This document shows, piece by piece, positions 44,683 through 56,138 of a stretch of DNA of 64,000 bases. This DNA comes from a virus. Positions within the stretch are counted from its first letter, which is position 1. Each line of letters starts with the position of its first letter. Below the pieces are notes generated by a model. That model saw only the letters and a program-made list of their open reading frames with translations. It was not told the origin of the DNA and searched no databases. Position numbers and translations under genes: made by a program. The stretch lies in the IMG/VR virus record IMGVR_UViG_3300034283_001913, positions 1 through 64,000 of that record; one strand, given 5' to 3'.

Positions 44683-47214
44683 ATGAAAAGAAAAGTCAGA
44701 ATAGTGTCCATGCCTAAGGCACAGTCTGGGCTGGCTGTAAAGATGAATGCCGGTAGAGCAGCGATTGGTTTAAATGCTAATCAGCTTAGCTGGCCTGTTA
44801 TGGCCGGCGAGTTTTCTGCTCCAGATCTTAAGGTAGCAAGTACAATACAAGAAGCAAAGGGTCCTTTTAATATTGAAGCTGAAAAAGGTGAAACTATTTT
44901 TCAGCCTGCAGGTTTTGGAGGAATCCCAGCGCACTTTAAAATCGGTGGTAAAAAACACTACGATGGTGGAACAAAGCTAAATGCTCCACCAGATTCCTTT
45001 ATCTTCTCTGACCACAGTTCTATGAAGATAAAAGATGGTGATGTCCAAAAGATGTTTGGTAAAACCGAAAAGAAAAGTGGATATACCCCGGCCGATATTG
45101 CTAAGCAATACGATATAAACAAGTATGTCAAGATTCTTAGAGATCCTGATTCAGATCGTCTTCAGCGCGAAACTGCAGAGATGATGATCACCAACTACAA
45201 TTTAAAGTTGGGTAAGCTCGCTTTAGCGCAAGAGTCTATCAAAGGATTTCCTCAGGGGATCCCGGCTATTGCTATGCCGTATATGATGACTATGAATATT
45301 GATCCTAATGATTTTACACAGACGCAGGGTCAACCGGAACAACCAGCTCCAGACAATATGTCTAAAGGAGGAAGTTATGTTCCTAAAGCTCAGCGAGGAT
45401 TATTCAATCGTCGTAAAACAACAATGCGTTATAATCCTCAATCCGGAGCTTACGAAGTTCTAGATGAAAACGGTAACGTTATTGGTTTTGGTAATCCTGG
45501 ACCTCAATATCCTGCTCCGCCGGTATACGGTGGATATCCTCCTGTTATGGGCGGAGGTATGGGTATTCCTGCTCCAGGTAAATCAGGTACTGAAGTATCT
45601 AGAGTAGTTAAGCGCCAGGATATACCTAAAGACGGTATTATCATCAAACGTGCTGATTATAAAACAGAAAAAGAATACATAGAGGCTCGTGACAATGCTT
45701 ACCAAACTAGAGGAAACAAAAAAGTTTATACTCAAGGTTCGGATGGTAAATACTATAAGGTTGGTGAAAAAGCTCCTACGGGAACTACACCTGATGAAAA
45801 CCTTAGCATGTTAGGAAAAGCTTTTGGTAATGACAAAGTACAGAAAGCTCTTTACGATAAGACTTTAGCTGCGGCTAAAAACTCAGAAAACCTAGGAAAA
45901 AATCCAGGCTTCACTGTACAAGAGTTAGAAGCTATGACTCCTGCTCAACTTACAACACAATTTCTTGAGATGCAGAACAGAAATGTTAAACTGTCTGCTC
46001 ACTTAAAAAGTGAGGGTATAGGGTTTAACTGCTTTGATAATAAAGGAGATTTTAAGTCCGGTCCTGACTGTAAAAACGATAAGTATAAAACTTTAAATGA
46101 AGCTTTTGTAGGAGCAGGTGTTCAACCTCCAGCCGATAGAAAAGCAATAGGGATTCAACAAATATCCTACATCGGATATCGTGACCTTCTATCTGATAAA
46201 AAGCTAGACCCAACTTTAGCAGAAACTCTTAAGCCTTTTGCTATTGAAGCAAAAGGCTATGACGATGAAACAGGACCAGATGCAAACAAAAGAATTTCTA
46301 AAGCTGACGGTGTTTATACCAATACTACAGCTGGTGAGGTGGCAGGTATAAGAAGCGCTCCGAGTATCATCGAAGAGCTTGCAGAAGAAACTGAAGAAAA
46401 AGTAACTGATCCTGCGGCTCCTGAATACACAGCTGGAAATCTTTCCGCTCCTTGGTGGTTACAAGATATCATAAATATTTCAGGTAAGTTTGGAGATTGG
46501 GCAAGACTTAGAAAACGTTATCCAAATCTTCCTGTACCTGAAGTAGTACTTCCAGAAGGAGTGTTCGCTGATCCTAATCGCGCTCTAGCAGCTAATGCTG
46601 AACAAGCTAATATTATGGCTCAGAATCTTGCTGCTTTCCAAGGACCTCAAGCTTTATCTAGTCGTTCTTCTCAGATTCAAGGACAGGCTGCTCGTCAAGC
46701 TGCAGACATCATGGGTCGTTACGATACCATGAACGTCGGTATAGCAAATCAGCTAGAGTCTCAAAGATCACAAATCCTTAATGCGGCTAATACAAATCGA
46801 GCTAATATAAAAGCTCAAGAAGATATGTATAACGCTATTGTAGATCAGAACTTCCAGAACGCTGAGACAGCAGCTAGAAATAATCTTCGCCAGTCTTATA
46901 TCAATGCTATGAATAATCGCTGGACAGCCTTTAACGTTAATCAGCTTACAGATCAATATCAGATGCATCCGGAAATTGGTGGAGGAATCTTCTTTGATCA
47001 TGGAAGACCTGTTCAGCCGGATAGCTCATCTTCTACATCACTTAGCGATGCTTTCATGACAAATCGTGAAAATATGCCAGGTGTAGATGACAGCGTTATC
47101 TGGCAGATTACAAAGAACCAGATGGGAGTAGCTGATGAGAACGCGGTTGATCCTAACTACCAGGCTATGCTTCAGGCTCAAGCTAACATGTACAATACAT
47201 CACAAGGACAATAA
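44683..47214 (+). CDS. Virion cargo protein
   Basis: NIEAEKGE...GGKKHYDGG...FIFSD N-terminal motif recalled from crAss-like cargo proteins; Q/N/A-rich coiled-coil C-terminus. Confidence 0.65.
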   Translation: MKRKVRIVSMPKAQSGLAVKMNAGRAAIGLNANQLSWPVMAGEFSAPDLKVASTIQEAKGPFNIEAEKGETIFQPAGFGGIPAHFKIGGKKHYDGGTKLNAPPDSFIFSDHSSMKIKDGDVQKMFGKTEKKSGYTPADIAKQYDINKYVKILRDPDSDRLQRETAEMMITNYNLKLGKLALAQESIKGFPQGIPAIAMPYMMTMNIDPNDFTQTQGQPEQPAPDNMSKGGSYVPKAQRGLFNRRKTTMRYNPQSGAYEVLDENGNVIGFGNPGPQYPAPPVYGGYPPVMGGGMGIPAPGKSGTEVSRVVKRQDIPKDGIIIKRADYKTEKEYIEARDNAYQTRGNKKVYTQGSDGKYYKVGEKAPTGTTPDENLSMLGKAFGNDKVQKALYDKTLAAAKNSENLGKNPGFTVQELEAMTPAQLTTQFLEMQNRNVKLSAHLKSEGIGFNCFDNKGDFKSGPDCKNDKYKTLNEAFVGAGVQPPADRKAIGIQQISYIGYRDLLSDKKLDPTLAETLKPFAIEAKGYDDETGPDANKRISKADGVYTNTTAGEVAGIRSAPSIIEELAEETEEKVTDPAAPEYTAGNLSAPWWLQDIINISGKFGDWARLRKRYPNLPVPEVVLPEGVFADPNRALAANAEQANIMAQNLAAFQGPQALSSRSSQIQGQAARQAADIMGRYDTMNVGIANQLESQRSQILNAANTNRANIKAQEDMYNAIVDQNFQNAETAARNNLRQSYINAMNNRWTAFNVNQLTDQYQMHPEIGGGIFFDHGRPVQPDSSSSTSLSDAFMTNRENMPGVDDSVIWQITKNQMGVADENAVDPNYQAMLQAQANMYNTSQGQ

Positions 47215-47260
47215 ACTTTATAGGTTTAAAAAACTTATAAGATTTTTGTCTAAATTTCGC
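47212..47260 (+). promoter_or_regulatory. TAAAC-N7-GTTTA palindrome followed by TAAATTTCGC promoter-like box
   Basis: Palindrome at 47212-47228, upstream of the three giant cargo/RNAP genes. Confidence 0.5.
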
Positions 47261-47267
47261 AGATACA

Positions 47268-50200
47268 ATGGCAACATACATACAAGGTGTAACTGATTAT
47301 ATTCCAGAGCTACAACCGTTCCAACCGGATTTTAATATGCTCGCTAACGTTCTGCAGACTAAGCAGAGTCGTTATGATGCGGCCCACAAACAATTAAGCA
47401 GTGTATATGGTACATTGCTTAATTCTCCTATGCTTAGACAGCAAAATATTGATGCTCGAGATCAGTTCTTTAAAAGCATCGATCAAGAGATTCAAAGGAT
47501 GTCTGGGATAGATCTGTCTTTGCAGCAGAACCAAACTGCAGCTATGGATGTGTTCAAAGGTCTTTATGAAGATAAGAATGTGGTGAAGGATATGATGTGG
47601 ACTAAGAACTACATGAACGAGCTCAAGCGGGCAGATGCTTTTAAAAGTTGTGTTGATACTAAAAAGTGTGGTGGTAGTTGGTGGGAAGGCGGAGTAAAAG
47701 CTCTTAACTACAAAGCTCAAGAGTTTAAAAATGCTTCAACAGAAGATGCTTTAAATTTTGCTGATGCTTCTTACGTCGCAGCACAAGACTTTACAGAAGA
47801 TGCTATTAAGCTTGCAAAAGACTCAGGCTTTGAAGTAAAGTTTGATGAAGTTAAAGGAGACTGGATTGTTACTACCAAAAATGGTAAAGAGATGATTCAG
47901 CCTCTTGCTGATTTCTATCTTTCTCGTTATGGCAACGATGGTAAAATCGTAGAGTTCTATAAGACGCGGGCTTATCTAAATCGTATGGATTGGGTAACAG
48001 CGAATCTATCTAACTATGCAGATGCCAATGAAGCTAACATGGCTTACATTAGTAATCTTGTAGAAGCATCTAAGAGAAAAGTTACTCAAGGAAAACAAGA
48101 AGCTTCTGAAGCCGCAGATATTGCAAAGACTCGATCTCAGCGTATTGACAAGACCATTAAAGAGCAAGGATATATTCCTAGCATGAATTGGTTAGAGGGG
48201 TGGAGAGAAGACAAAGAAGAAGTAGGTTCTACAGAACAGACTCTACAGGTATATGACGATGCTGATAACAATTTAAAAGCTTTAGGCATAAACCGGGATA
48301 ATGTTCGCTTTGCTGTAGATAATTTTGATTCGGTGATGGGCTTTAATATGCTCAGAGAAACTACCTACAACGTAGCAGAAGGCTATGCTAGACTGAACCA
48401 AGAAGTTACTATTAAAGAAAACCCTTATGCTGTCCAGGCTAAAGCTCAAGCTTTCCAATTACAAAGAGCTAGAGAAAAAGAAGGTTACGTTGAAATAGAT
48501 CCTGAAACTGGTCAAAGACGATACGTTTGGGGAACCGATATGTATCAAAAGTATGAGCTTAAAAGAATAGAAGAAGAAGAGAAAAAAAGAGCTGAGGCAG
48601 AACTTGCAAAAAAATTAACTACCTACACTCCTAAAGATTTTGGAGGAACAGCTACAACACTTGTTGATCAGAACAAAGCTTATAAGGATAACGTTTCTCA
48701 AAGAAATGCTCTTCTTGATAGAAAAAATAGTTCAGCTAAACAATATGTTTTAGAGGGTATTCGTGCTATTCAACAAGCTCATCAAGTAAACCAAAATAAC
48801 CCTAAAGCAGGAGCTTCTTTAGATGCATTAAATCAAGTAACTTACAATATCTTAGGCGGTGCCTCAGGCAAAATAACACCATATGACCTAAGTGATGTAA
48901 CTTACGGTACGATAGGTAAGAAAAACAAGTACGGCATAAACCCTCAAGCTCTTATTACCGGAGATAAAAAAGCTGTTGAAGATTTTGAAAAGCTATTAGA
49001 CGATCCTGCAATTCTTAATCAGCTCTACGCTAATACTAAAACACAATTTGATCCTACAAACGGTTCAGGATGGCTTAATAATTCTTGGGTGACAGAAGAT
49101 ACTCGTACTACGTTATCTAAATACGAGAAAGACTTTAAGCTTAGTGATCAATTTGTAGAGGCTCATACCGACTTTTCTAAAAAACAATCTGAGCTAGCTA
49201 TCACTCTTGCTCAAGCGGATCTTAGTCAAAAACAAAATACAGAAGATGAAGACGATTGGAATGAGATGGATCGCTCTTTTAAAGTGTTTAAAGAAGTTTA
49301 CGATACCTCTAATGTTGATGGTTTTGTAGCAGATGACCCTGCTACAAATAAAACACTAGATGAGAAATTAAAAAAGATTGCTACAGAAAGAGTAAATAAT
49401 TTTAAAAAGAGTAATCCTAGAGGTTATCAGGAGCATAACGCAATGGTTCTTGCTAGAGAAGCTCGTGATGTTTCATTAAATGCTCAAGCGGTAGCAACAC
49501 CTTTTGGAGGATTAACTAAAGCCTTTGTAAAAGCAGGAGAGTATATTAATCCAAGTCTTCAAGCTCTTAGTCAATTAGGTACTGTAGAAGAAATGTCATA
49601 TGATGCTGTTGTAAAAGAATATAAGCAAGGCTATGCTATGTGGAGACAAGCTTATTCAGATAAAGGAGCTTCTTGGACAAATCCAAAAGGATTAAAAGCT
49701 ACAGATGACGCCGCTCATGGATATTCCGGAGTCATAGATTCTGGAGTAAGTCCTGAGTATTCTCAATCCAATATGGATTTTATGGATATGATTCAGAACT
49801 ATAACACATTGAGAGATGAGGCAAAAATCTATTACGGTAACATTGAAAATACAGGTGAAAGATATAGAGATGGTGAAGACAATGATGCTGGAGCTAGAGA
49901 CATATTAGACCAAGTAATAAAAGATTTTCCTTTAGGTGGAAGACTTTCAAAAGAAGGTTTACCGATAAATGAAGATAGAGTTGCCGGAGGATTTGATATT
50001 GTACCTATAGCCGCAGGTGATGAAAAAACTATGGCTTTTAGAATTGTTCCTAGTAAAGCTTGGGGTAAGCAATATCGTTCAGCTCAAGGTAAAAGCGATA
50101 AGCTTATTGATGATGACAGATACGCTGATGAAGGGATTGTTGTATACATGCCTAAGGATAAAATGCAAAGTGACTATCTAAGAAGAAGTGTATATGACGA

Positions 50201-50516
50201 GTATGATTTTATTATGGAAAATACAGGGAAGCTTAAAATAGAAAACCCTATGGCTGGTAATATTACTATAACAAAAGAAACAAACATGTATCGGTTAGAT
50301 ATGAATCTTATCGAGTACGATGATAATGGTAATAATATTTCACGAGCCGCTGAACCTACCTATCATGACCTTACGTTAGATCTTGGCGATCTTTATACAA
50401 GATTTAGTCAAAATCTTGATATCAATGCTATGCTTAATAGAACTACTTTGACTAATGCCGCTCAACAGTATAAAGGAGATCCTAATCAGATTTTATATAA
50501 CACCCCAGCTCAGTAA
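47268..50516 (+). CDS. Large virion cargo (ejection) protein
   Basis: 1082 aa, helical; first of three giant genes ending in the RNA polymerase. Confidence 0.65.
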   Translation: MATYIQGVTDYIPELQPFQPDFNMLANVLQTKQSRYDAAHKQLSSVYGTLLNSPMLRQQNIDARDQFFKSIDQEIQRMSGIDLSLQQNQTAAMDVFKGLYEDKNVVKDMMWTKNYMNELKRADAFKSCVDTKKCGGSWWEGGVKALNYKAQEFKNASTEDALNFADASYVAAQDFTEDAIKLAKDSGFEVKFDEVKGDWIVTTKNGKEMIQPLADFYLSRYGNDGKIVEFYKTRAYLNRMDWVTANLSNYADANEANMAYISNLVEASKRKVTQGKQEASEAADIAKTRSQRIDKTIKEQGYIPSMNWLEGWREDKEEVGSTEQTLQVYDDADNNLKALGINRDNVRFAVDNFDSVMGFNMLRETTYNVAEGYARLNQEVTIKENPYAVQAKAQAFQLQRAREKEGYVEIDPETGQRRYVWGTDMYQKYELKRIEEEEKKRAEAELAKKLTTYTPKDFGGTATTLVDQNKAYKDNVSQRNALLDRKNSSAKQYVLEGIRAIQQAHQVNQNNPKAGASLDALNQVTYNILGGASGKITPYDLSDVTYGTIGKKNKYGINPQALITGDKKAVEDFEKLLDDPAILNQLYANTKTQFDPTNGSGWLNNSWVTEDTRTTLSKYEKDFKLSDQFVEAHTDFSKKQSELAITLAQADLSQKQNTEDEDDWNEMDRSFKVFKEVYDTSNVDGFVADDPATNKTLDEKLKKIATERVNNFKKSNPRGYQEHNAMVLAREARDVSLNAQAVATPFGGLTKAFVKAGEYINPSLQALSQLGTVEEMSYDAVVKEYKQGYAMWRQAYSDKGASWTNPKGLKATDDAAHGYSGVIDSGVSPEYSQSNMDFMDMIQNYNTLRDEAKIYYGNIENTGERYRDGEDNDAGARDILDQVIKDFPLGGRLSKEGLPINEDRVAGGFDIVPIAAGDEKTMAFRIVPSKAWGKQYRSAQGKSDKLIDDDRYADEGIVVYMPKDKMQSDYLRRSVYDEYDFIMENTGKLKIENPMAGNITITKETNMYRLDMNLIEYDDNGNNISRAAEPTYHDLTLDLGDLYTRFSQNLDINAMLNRTTLTNAAQQYKGDPNQILYNTPAQ

Positions 50517-50521
50517 TAATC

Positions 50522-53500
50522 ATGGCAGAACCGGTTAATCCTTTAGATGCTCCTACTTCTAACATACAACTTGATGTATCGGCAGGGTTAGTAGATCCTA
50601 GAAGTTTAGATATCACTGATATAAAAGTTCCAGATCCTCCTCGGTCATATCCTGTGGGAGTGATGAGTACAAACATGATACCTACTCAAAAACAGGTAAG
50701 TGTTTCCTCGTCTCAAGCAGGTGCCGAAAGATTAAGAGAACTTGGTAGAACAGCTGGAACTTGGGCTAATAACCCTACGTACTATTCTAAAGTAAAAGCT
50801 TATAACTCTGATTATGATGGAGCAAACTTTAAGAAGTATGCAGCTTTGCCTAGTGTTTATAAAAAGTATGGCTTTACTCCTTTCAGAGATAATGAATCGC
50901 TTTATAATAAAGAATCTAGTTGGCTAGAGAGATATAGTCGAAGTTTGACCTCTAGTTTGAATCTTGCTCAGTCTGCATATACAGATATGCTTCCTTGGAA
51001 TACTTGGAGGGATTGGAATGATCCTAATATTACATCGGCTAAAGAAATGGCTCGATGGCACGCTATAGGTCATGACAGCAAAGGAGGGCTAGGATCTTGG
51101 ATTAATAATATGACTGTAGACTTTGGTTATACAGGAGGTATTCTTGCCGAGATGGCCTCAGAAGAAATTGTTATTTGGGGGGCGTCTACTCTTTTAGCTC
51201 CAGAGACTGCAGGAGCAAGTTGGGCTGCAGCGGCCACACAAGCTGGTAGAAACATTAAAAAAGCTCTTAATCTTTACGATAAGTTCAAAGATGTACAAAA
51301 AGGTATCACTACCACATATGACTGGCTTAAAAAAGCAGATAAAGCAAATGATTTTTGGAAGTTTGCTAAAACATACGGAGGCAAGGGTATTAGCGGTATA
51401 GGAAAAGCGATTCTTCCAGAAACATTTAAGTATGGAACAGAGCTTGCTAAAAGTCCTAAAGCTTTTGAAAAAGCTCTTAGTTGGGCCGGAGCCTCTAAAA
51501 CATTTGGAGCTTTCTATCGCGATGCTCGAGCTTATACAGCAATAGTATCCGAATCCAAACTAGAAGGAGGAAGTACAGAACTAGATGTAAGAGATAGTCT
51601 TATAGATGAGTACTATAAGAAAAACAACGGAAAGCTTCCTGGAGAAGAAGATTTAAAAAGAATCTATGAAGAAGCCGGTAATGCCGGTCGACAAGCTTTC
51701 TATTGGAACCTTCCTGCTCTTTGGATATCTAATAAGATAGTTTTTGATAAAGCTCTCAGAGGTTGGAAACCGATGTCTGCTTTTAGAGAAGAACTTGAAA
51801 AAGGTATTAAAGGTAAACTAGTATACGATGAAGCTTTAAGAAAAGCAGGTAAAGCTGCCTGGAGCGTTGTAGATGATGGATGGAAAGGTACTTGGAAAAC
51901 TCTTACTACAGGCGCTACATATCGACCTAAAAATCTTCTCAATAACGCCTTAGGTTCTTTTGTAAACTATAGCAAAGCCAATATTACAGAAGGTCTTCAA
52001 GAAGTATATCAGGACGTGGTACAAAATACCATGACTGATTATTATAAAGATCGTTTCCATAACTTCTATACTACAGGTTCAAGATCTGTATTTGGATCTT
52101 TTTATGATCATATGAAAAATATTGATCCAGGAAGAGCTGTTGAAACTTTTTCTTCAGGATACTTTATGGGCTCTATGGCCAAGTTTCCTCAGAAGCTAAT
52201 GTTCGATATTGTACCAGAACAGTTTCATAAGTGGACTAAACCGGAAGATTATAAACAGTGGAGGGATAGTCAAGAAAAAAACACAAAGAGTATTGTAGAT
52301 GCTCTTAACGCTGCTACTGAGAATAACGGTTTCTGGGATGCTATTACTGAAAACACAGTATCTCAGATTACCAATCAGCGAGAAGCTGATATGGCCAATG
52401 AGGCCAATGACAAGCGTTCTTATTACACTATTACAGACGATAGTGTATCTCAACATCTTCATACTCTTATTCGTTTCGGAAAACTAGATCTTATAAGAGA
52501 TCAAATTAAGGATATGAAAGGTCTTGATGCTAAAGGTTTACAAGAAGCCTTTGGTCCAATGGAGGGCACTGATCAAGAAGTAAGCAATGAATATCAATCT
52601 CGCTTAGATTCTTTCCTTAAGAAAGCTGATATGGTCGAGAAGATGTTTACTGAAACTGAAGAGAAATACGGTAATCCTTTTGATCCAAAAAGCTATAACC
52701 GTAAGACTGATCCTGAAGGGTATGAAAGAGAATATAACGCTTGGGTAGGATGGGAAGAAGCTAAAAAAGCTGCTGTAAAATCTAGCTACGACTTTTTCAG
52801 AACAACTGGTCGTATGAAGAGTGTTATGGATGAGCTTATTGCAAATAAGCCAGTTGCTGAAAGTATAGCTTCTGAATACATGATGGCTCTTAATACTAAT
52901 ACTCTTGATGTAGAAATAGAGTCTCTTAAAGGTAATAAAGCCAAAAATGAAAAAGGTCTTATTGAAGTTTACCGTGAAGGAGATGAAGAATCTCAAAAGA
53001 AAGCGGATGAGCTGCAGGGTAGATTAGATGTTCTTGAAAAATACAGAGACGCTATCGACGAGTATAAAAAAGCCGTTGAGATAGATAAAGCTAATCAAAC
53101 AGGAGTTGTTAGCGAAGAACAGAGATCTGTCGAAAAAGGAGCTAAAGTAAAACAAGGTACAAAAGTCAAGAATAAAAAAGGCCGGGAAGCTGTTGTTGCT
53201 AAGATTAAAAAGGGCAAAGCTTATGATGAAAACGGCGGTCTTATCGGTAAGGTAAGCAGTTTAGAAATACTTGAGGGAGAAAGAGAAGAGGATATACTAA
53301 CTAGTGCTACACAGAACCTTTACGACAACTATAGAGAATTTGTCAAATATATTTCTAGAGCTAAAGGTGAAGTAGCAATAGATGCTGGTATTGATGAGTC
53401 TTTTATGAAGCTCAAAGATTACTATGCTTTAGGAGTTGACCGAGAGTCTTATGCAGCAGCTGTTGACATCCTGCACAATCCTAGTAAGTTTACAGAATAC

Positions 53501-56137
53501 GCTAGTCGTATTGCTCAACTTGCTGGAGAACTTAAGCGTCAAAATAAAGCTAAGATTGAAGAAAGCTATAAGAAGTTCTTAGCAGGTATGCATAAGAGCC
53601 AGCTTTTCTCAAAGCTTTATGAGATGGGAGTATTTGTAGATGAAAAAGGTATGGAAGCTATCCTTGAAGAAAAGATACCTTCTGTTTTCTACTACATTGC
53701 CGGCGAAAAAGAAATGGTTCCTTTTGAATCTGATACTTATAAAAAGATCCTTGATCTATTTGAAAAGTATGAAGCTGCACAAGGAGTTCGATTTACAGAG
53801 AAGCCTATACCCGAAGAAGAGATGCGGATGGATGCTCTTATGTTTTCTGGACAAACCCGTAATAAAATCAAAGGTGACGTCAGAACATATGAGGATCTTG
53901 CCAAAGAATATGGCTTTAATCTTGACCCTTCTGTAGAAACTAAAGTTAAAACTAGAGATATTTTACAAAAAATAATCGATAGTAAGTATTCTACTTACCG
54001 GGAAAAAGCTCTTGCTAGACGTCTTTTAGGTATTGTATCTAAGGAGAGTGTAATAACCTTTAAGAAGCTTAGCCTAGGCGGATACTTTCAATATAGTGCT
54101 GATGGTAAAACAGGAACCTTTATAGATCCTAGATATTTTTCTTCAGACTATAGAGGAGATTCAAAAGCTATTGAAACAGTTTTTCTTCATGAGCTTATCC
54201 ATGAGATTACCAGCTTTGAACTAGATAAAAACCCTCAGTTCAAAGCGGCTATTAAAAAGCTTATGGATAGAGCTATCAAAGAGTATGAGACTAATCGTCC
54301 TTCTGATGAAATGGTATATGGTTATGCTGTATCAAAACCTTTCTATGGTCTTAAAAATGAACATGAGTTTCTTGCTGAGATGTTTACAAATCCTAGGTTT
54401 GCGGCATGGCTTGATACAATAGAATACGAAACTACAGGCAAAACTGTTTGGAAAGAGTTTTTGAATATGCTTCAGTATATGCTGTCGCAGATTCTTGGAG
54501 TAACAAAGGATAATACTCTCCTTAAGGAAGCTCTTAATATTGCTACATCCTACATCGAAACTATCCATGGTCAGAGCGTGGCTCAGCCAGAAAGAGTTGG
54601 AGAAAAGATACGTCCTGGTCGTCGCAGACCGTCTACCGGACCTACAGCAGGAGCTACGCTTAATCCTGGATCAAGTATTGAACAATACAGATCGGCGGGT
54701 GTATTGCCAGCTCTTGTGCAGTCTTATAGAAATTTTGTTAAAGATCGTACAGGGGCTGATAGCCTTACTGCAGAACAGTGGCCGGATCAAAACGTTGCTT
54801 CTAAAACAGATGACGAGGTAGCAAATAGCCCAGAATTTAGACAGTATCTGCAGATGGGCAGCGGAGAAGTACAAAGGATTCTTAATGAATACAATAGAAC
54901 AAAAGTTGCTCCTCAACCGACTCCTGCTCCTACAGCAGCAACATTTACTCCGACTACACCTTATGGTACACCAACAGGGGCTCCTCTTACAACAGCTACC
55001 CCTGCTCCTGCTGTCCCTACCGGTATAGTAGAAGTTACTCCTGAAAAAGAAACTGAGATTATCAATGCTGTTACTGAAGAAGATTACATTGCTTCATCAG
55101 AAGGTATTACAGAAGAGGGTATTCAAAAAGCCAGAGGAGCCGAAAAACAAAGAGCTGTTGCGGATGCTAAAACTGCAGCTAAACATGCTCTTGATTTTAT
55201 CTCTGGTAAGATAGATGCTAAAAACTATCTCAATAGATTAGGCTATGATATGGCGTCTCTTACTCCGCAAGACATTACAGATCTCTCGGAAAGAGAGTCT
55301 GCATACTGGCGTAGTAAACTGGGACCAGTTCCTCAAGCTCAGCCGGTTGCAACTCAAGAAGTTGTAGATGGTGCTGAGGCTGCTGCAGTAGAAGATACTA
55401 CACCTGCTGAATACCAGCAGAAGAAACAGCTTGTTTCAGATCTGGGTTACAACTGGAATCAGGTAAACCGGATGACTAAGTCGGAAGCTCAATATCTTAT
55501 TGATAATGATATTTCTGCTGAACAGCTTGCTGAAAGTAAGCGTATGGCGGAGGAATCCGCTAGAAGAGCCGCTGAAGAACAATCTCAGATGTTGTACCAA
55601 GCTACCATGCAGGAGCTTGAGCAAATGATTGCTGATGCGGAAAGCAAGTCTGAGTTAGACGCTGCGGAAAGCGCCATCTCTATAGCGATTTACGAAGATG
55701 AGATAAGTGTAGCAGATGTTTCCAGATTGGAAAGCCTTATTGAACAAAGAAAACAACAGCTAGCCCGAGATATCAAGTATGAGGATATTGAAGAAAACAC
55801 AAGCTTGATCATGAAAAATGGATCTAGAGTAGTTGTTGTTAAAAAAGAAAATAATACTTTATATCTTCGTCCTTACGGTCAGCCCGGAGGAAGAGTCTTT
55901 ACAGTTAAAGCTGACAAAGTCAAAGAAAAAATCTTATATAAAGACCAACCATTTGTGGAACAATTTGACGTAATCCCTCCAGTAGATCCTGAAAGTCAAG
56001 CAGCCGCTGTACAAGTTATTAATGACGCGGTTGAGCTGAATACTACAGATACTATTACCGAGGATCTTGAGGATGCTCGTACAGCTGTTACAGCTGAGAT
56101 AGAAGATGATTTTGATAACTCTTTAGGATGCCAATAA
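50522..56137 (+). CDS. Giant virion cargo protein with hydrophobic N-terminal helices and zincin-like domain
   Basis: 1871 aa; FLHELIHE...EFLAE zincin motif at about 54188. Confidence 0.7.
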   Translation: MAEPVNPLDAPTSNIQLDVSAGLVDPRSLDITDIKVPDPPRSYPVGVMSTNMIPTQKQVSVSSSQAGAERLRELGRTAGTWANNPTYYSKVKAYNSDYDGANFKKYAALPSVYKKYGFTPFRDNESLYNKESSWLERYSRSLTSSLNLAQSAYTDMLPWNTWRDWNDPNITSAKEMARWHAIGHDSKGGLGSWINNMTVDFGYTGGILAEMASEEIVIWGASTLLAPETAGASWAAAATQAGRNIKKALNLYDKFKDVQKGITTTYDWLKKADKANDFWKFAKTYGGKGISGIGKAILPETFKYGTELAKSPKAFEKALSWAGASKTFGAFYRDARAYTAIVSESKLEGGSTELDVRDSLIDEYYKKNNGKLPGEEDLKRIYEEAGNAGRQAFYWNLPALWISNKIVFDKALRGWKPMSAFREELEKGIKGKLVYDEALRKAGKAAWSVVDDGWKGTWKTLTTGATYRPKNLLNNALGSFVNYSKANITEGLQEVYQDVVQNTMTDYYKDRFHNFYTTGSRSVFGSFYDHMKNIDPGRAVETFSSGYFMGSMAKFPQKLMFDIVPEQFHKWTKPEDYKQWRDSQEKNTKSIVDALNAATENNGFWDAITENTVSQITNQREADMANEANDKRSYYTITDDSVSQHLHTLIRFGKLDLIRDQIKDMKGLDAKGLQEAFGPMEGTDQEVSNEYQSRLDSFLKKADMVEKMFTETEEKYGNPFDPKSYNRKTDPEGYEREYNAWVGWEEAKKAAVKSSYDFFRTTGRMKSVMDELIANKPVAESIASEYMMALNTNTLDVEIESLKGNKAKNEKGLIEVYREGDEESQKKADELQGRLDVLEKYRDAIDEYKKAVEIDKANQTGVVSEEQRSVEKGAKVKQGTKVKNKKGREAVVAKIKKGKAYDENGGLIGKVSSLEILEGEREEDILTSATQNLYDNYREFVKYISRAKGEVAIDAGIDESFMKLKDYYALGVDRESYAAAVDILHNPSKFTEYASRIAQLAGELKRQNKAKIEESYKKFLAGMHKSQLFSKLYEMGVFVDEKGMEAILEEKIPSVFYYIAGEKEMVPFESDTYKKILDLFEKYEAAQGVRFTEKPIPEEEMRMDALMFSGQTRNKIKGDVRTYEDLAKEYGFNLDPSVETKVKTRDILQKIIDSKYSTYREKALARRLLGIVSKESVITFKKLSLGGYFQYSADGKTGTFIDPRYFSSDYRGDSKAIETVFLHELIHEITSFELDKNPQFKAAIKKLMDRAIKEYETNRPSDEMVYGYAVSKPFYGLKNEHEFLAEMFTNPRFAAWLDTIEYETTGKTVWKEFLNMLQYMLSQILGVTKDNTLLKEALNIATSYIETIHGQSVAQPERVGEKIRPGRRRPSTGPTAGATLNPGSSIEQYRSAGVLPALVQSYRNFVKDRTGADSLTAEQWPDQNVASKTDDEVANSPEFRQYLQMGSGEVQRILNEYNRTKVAPQPTPAPTAATFTPTTPYGTPTGAPLTTATPAPAVPTGIVEVTPEKETEIINAVTEEDYIASSEGITEEGIQKARGAEKQRAVADAKTAAKHALDFISGKIDAKNYLNRLGYDMASLTPQDITDLSERESAYWRSKLGPVPQAQPVATQEVVDGAEAAAVEDTTPAEYQQKKQLVSDLGYNWNQVNRMTKSEAQYLIDNDISAEQLAESKRMAEESARRAAEEQSQMLYQATMQELEQMIADAESKSELDAAESAISIAIYEDEISVADVSRLESLIEQRKQQLARDIKYEDIEENTSLIMKNGSRVVVVKKENNTLYLRPYGQPGGRVFTVKADKVKEKILYKDQPFVEQFDVIPPVDPESQAAAVQVINDAVELNTTDTITEDLEDARTAVTAEIEDDFDNSLGCQ

Positions 56138-56138
56138 G

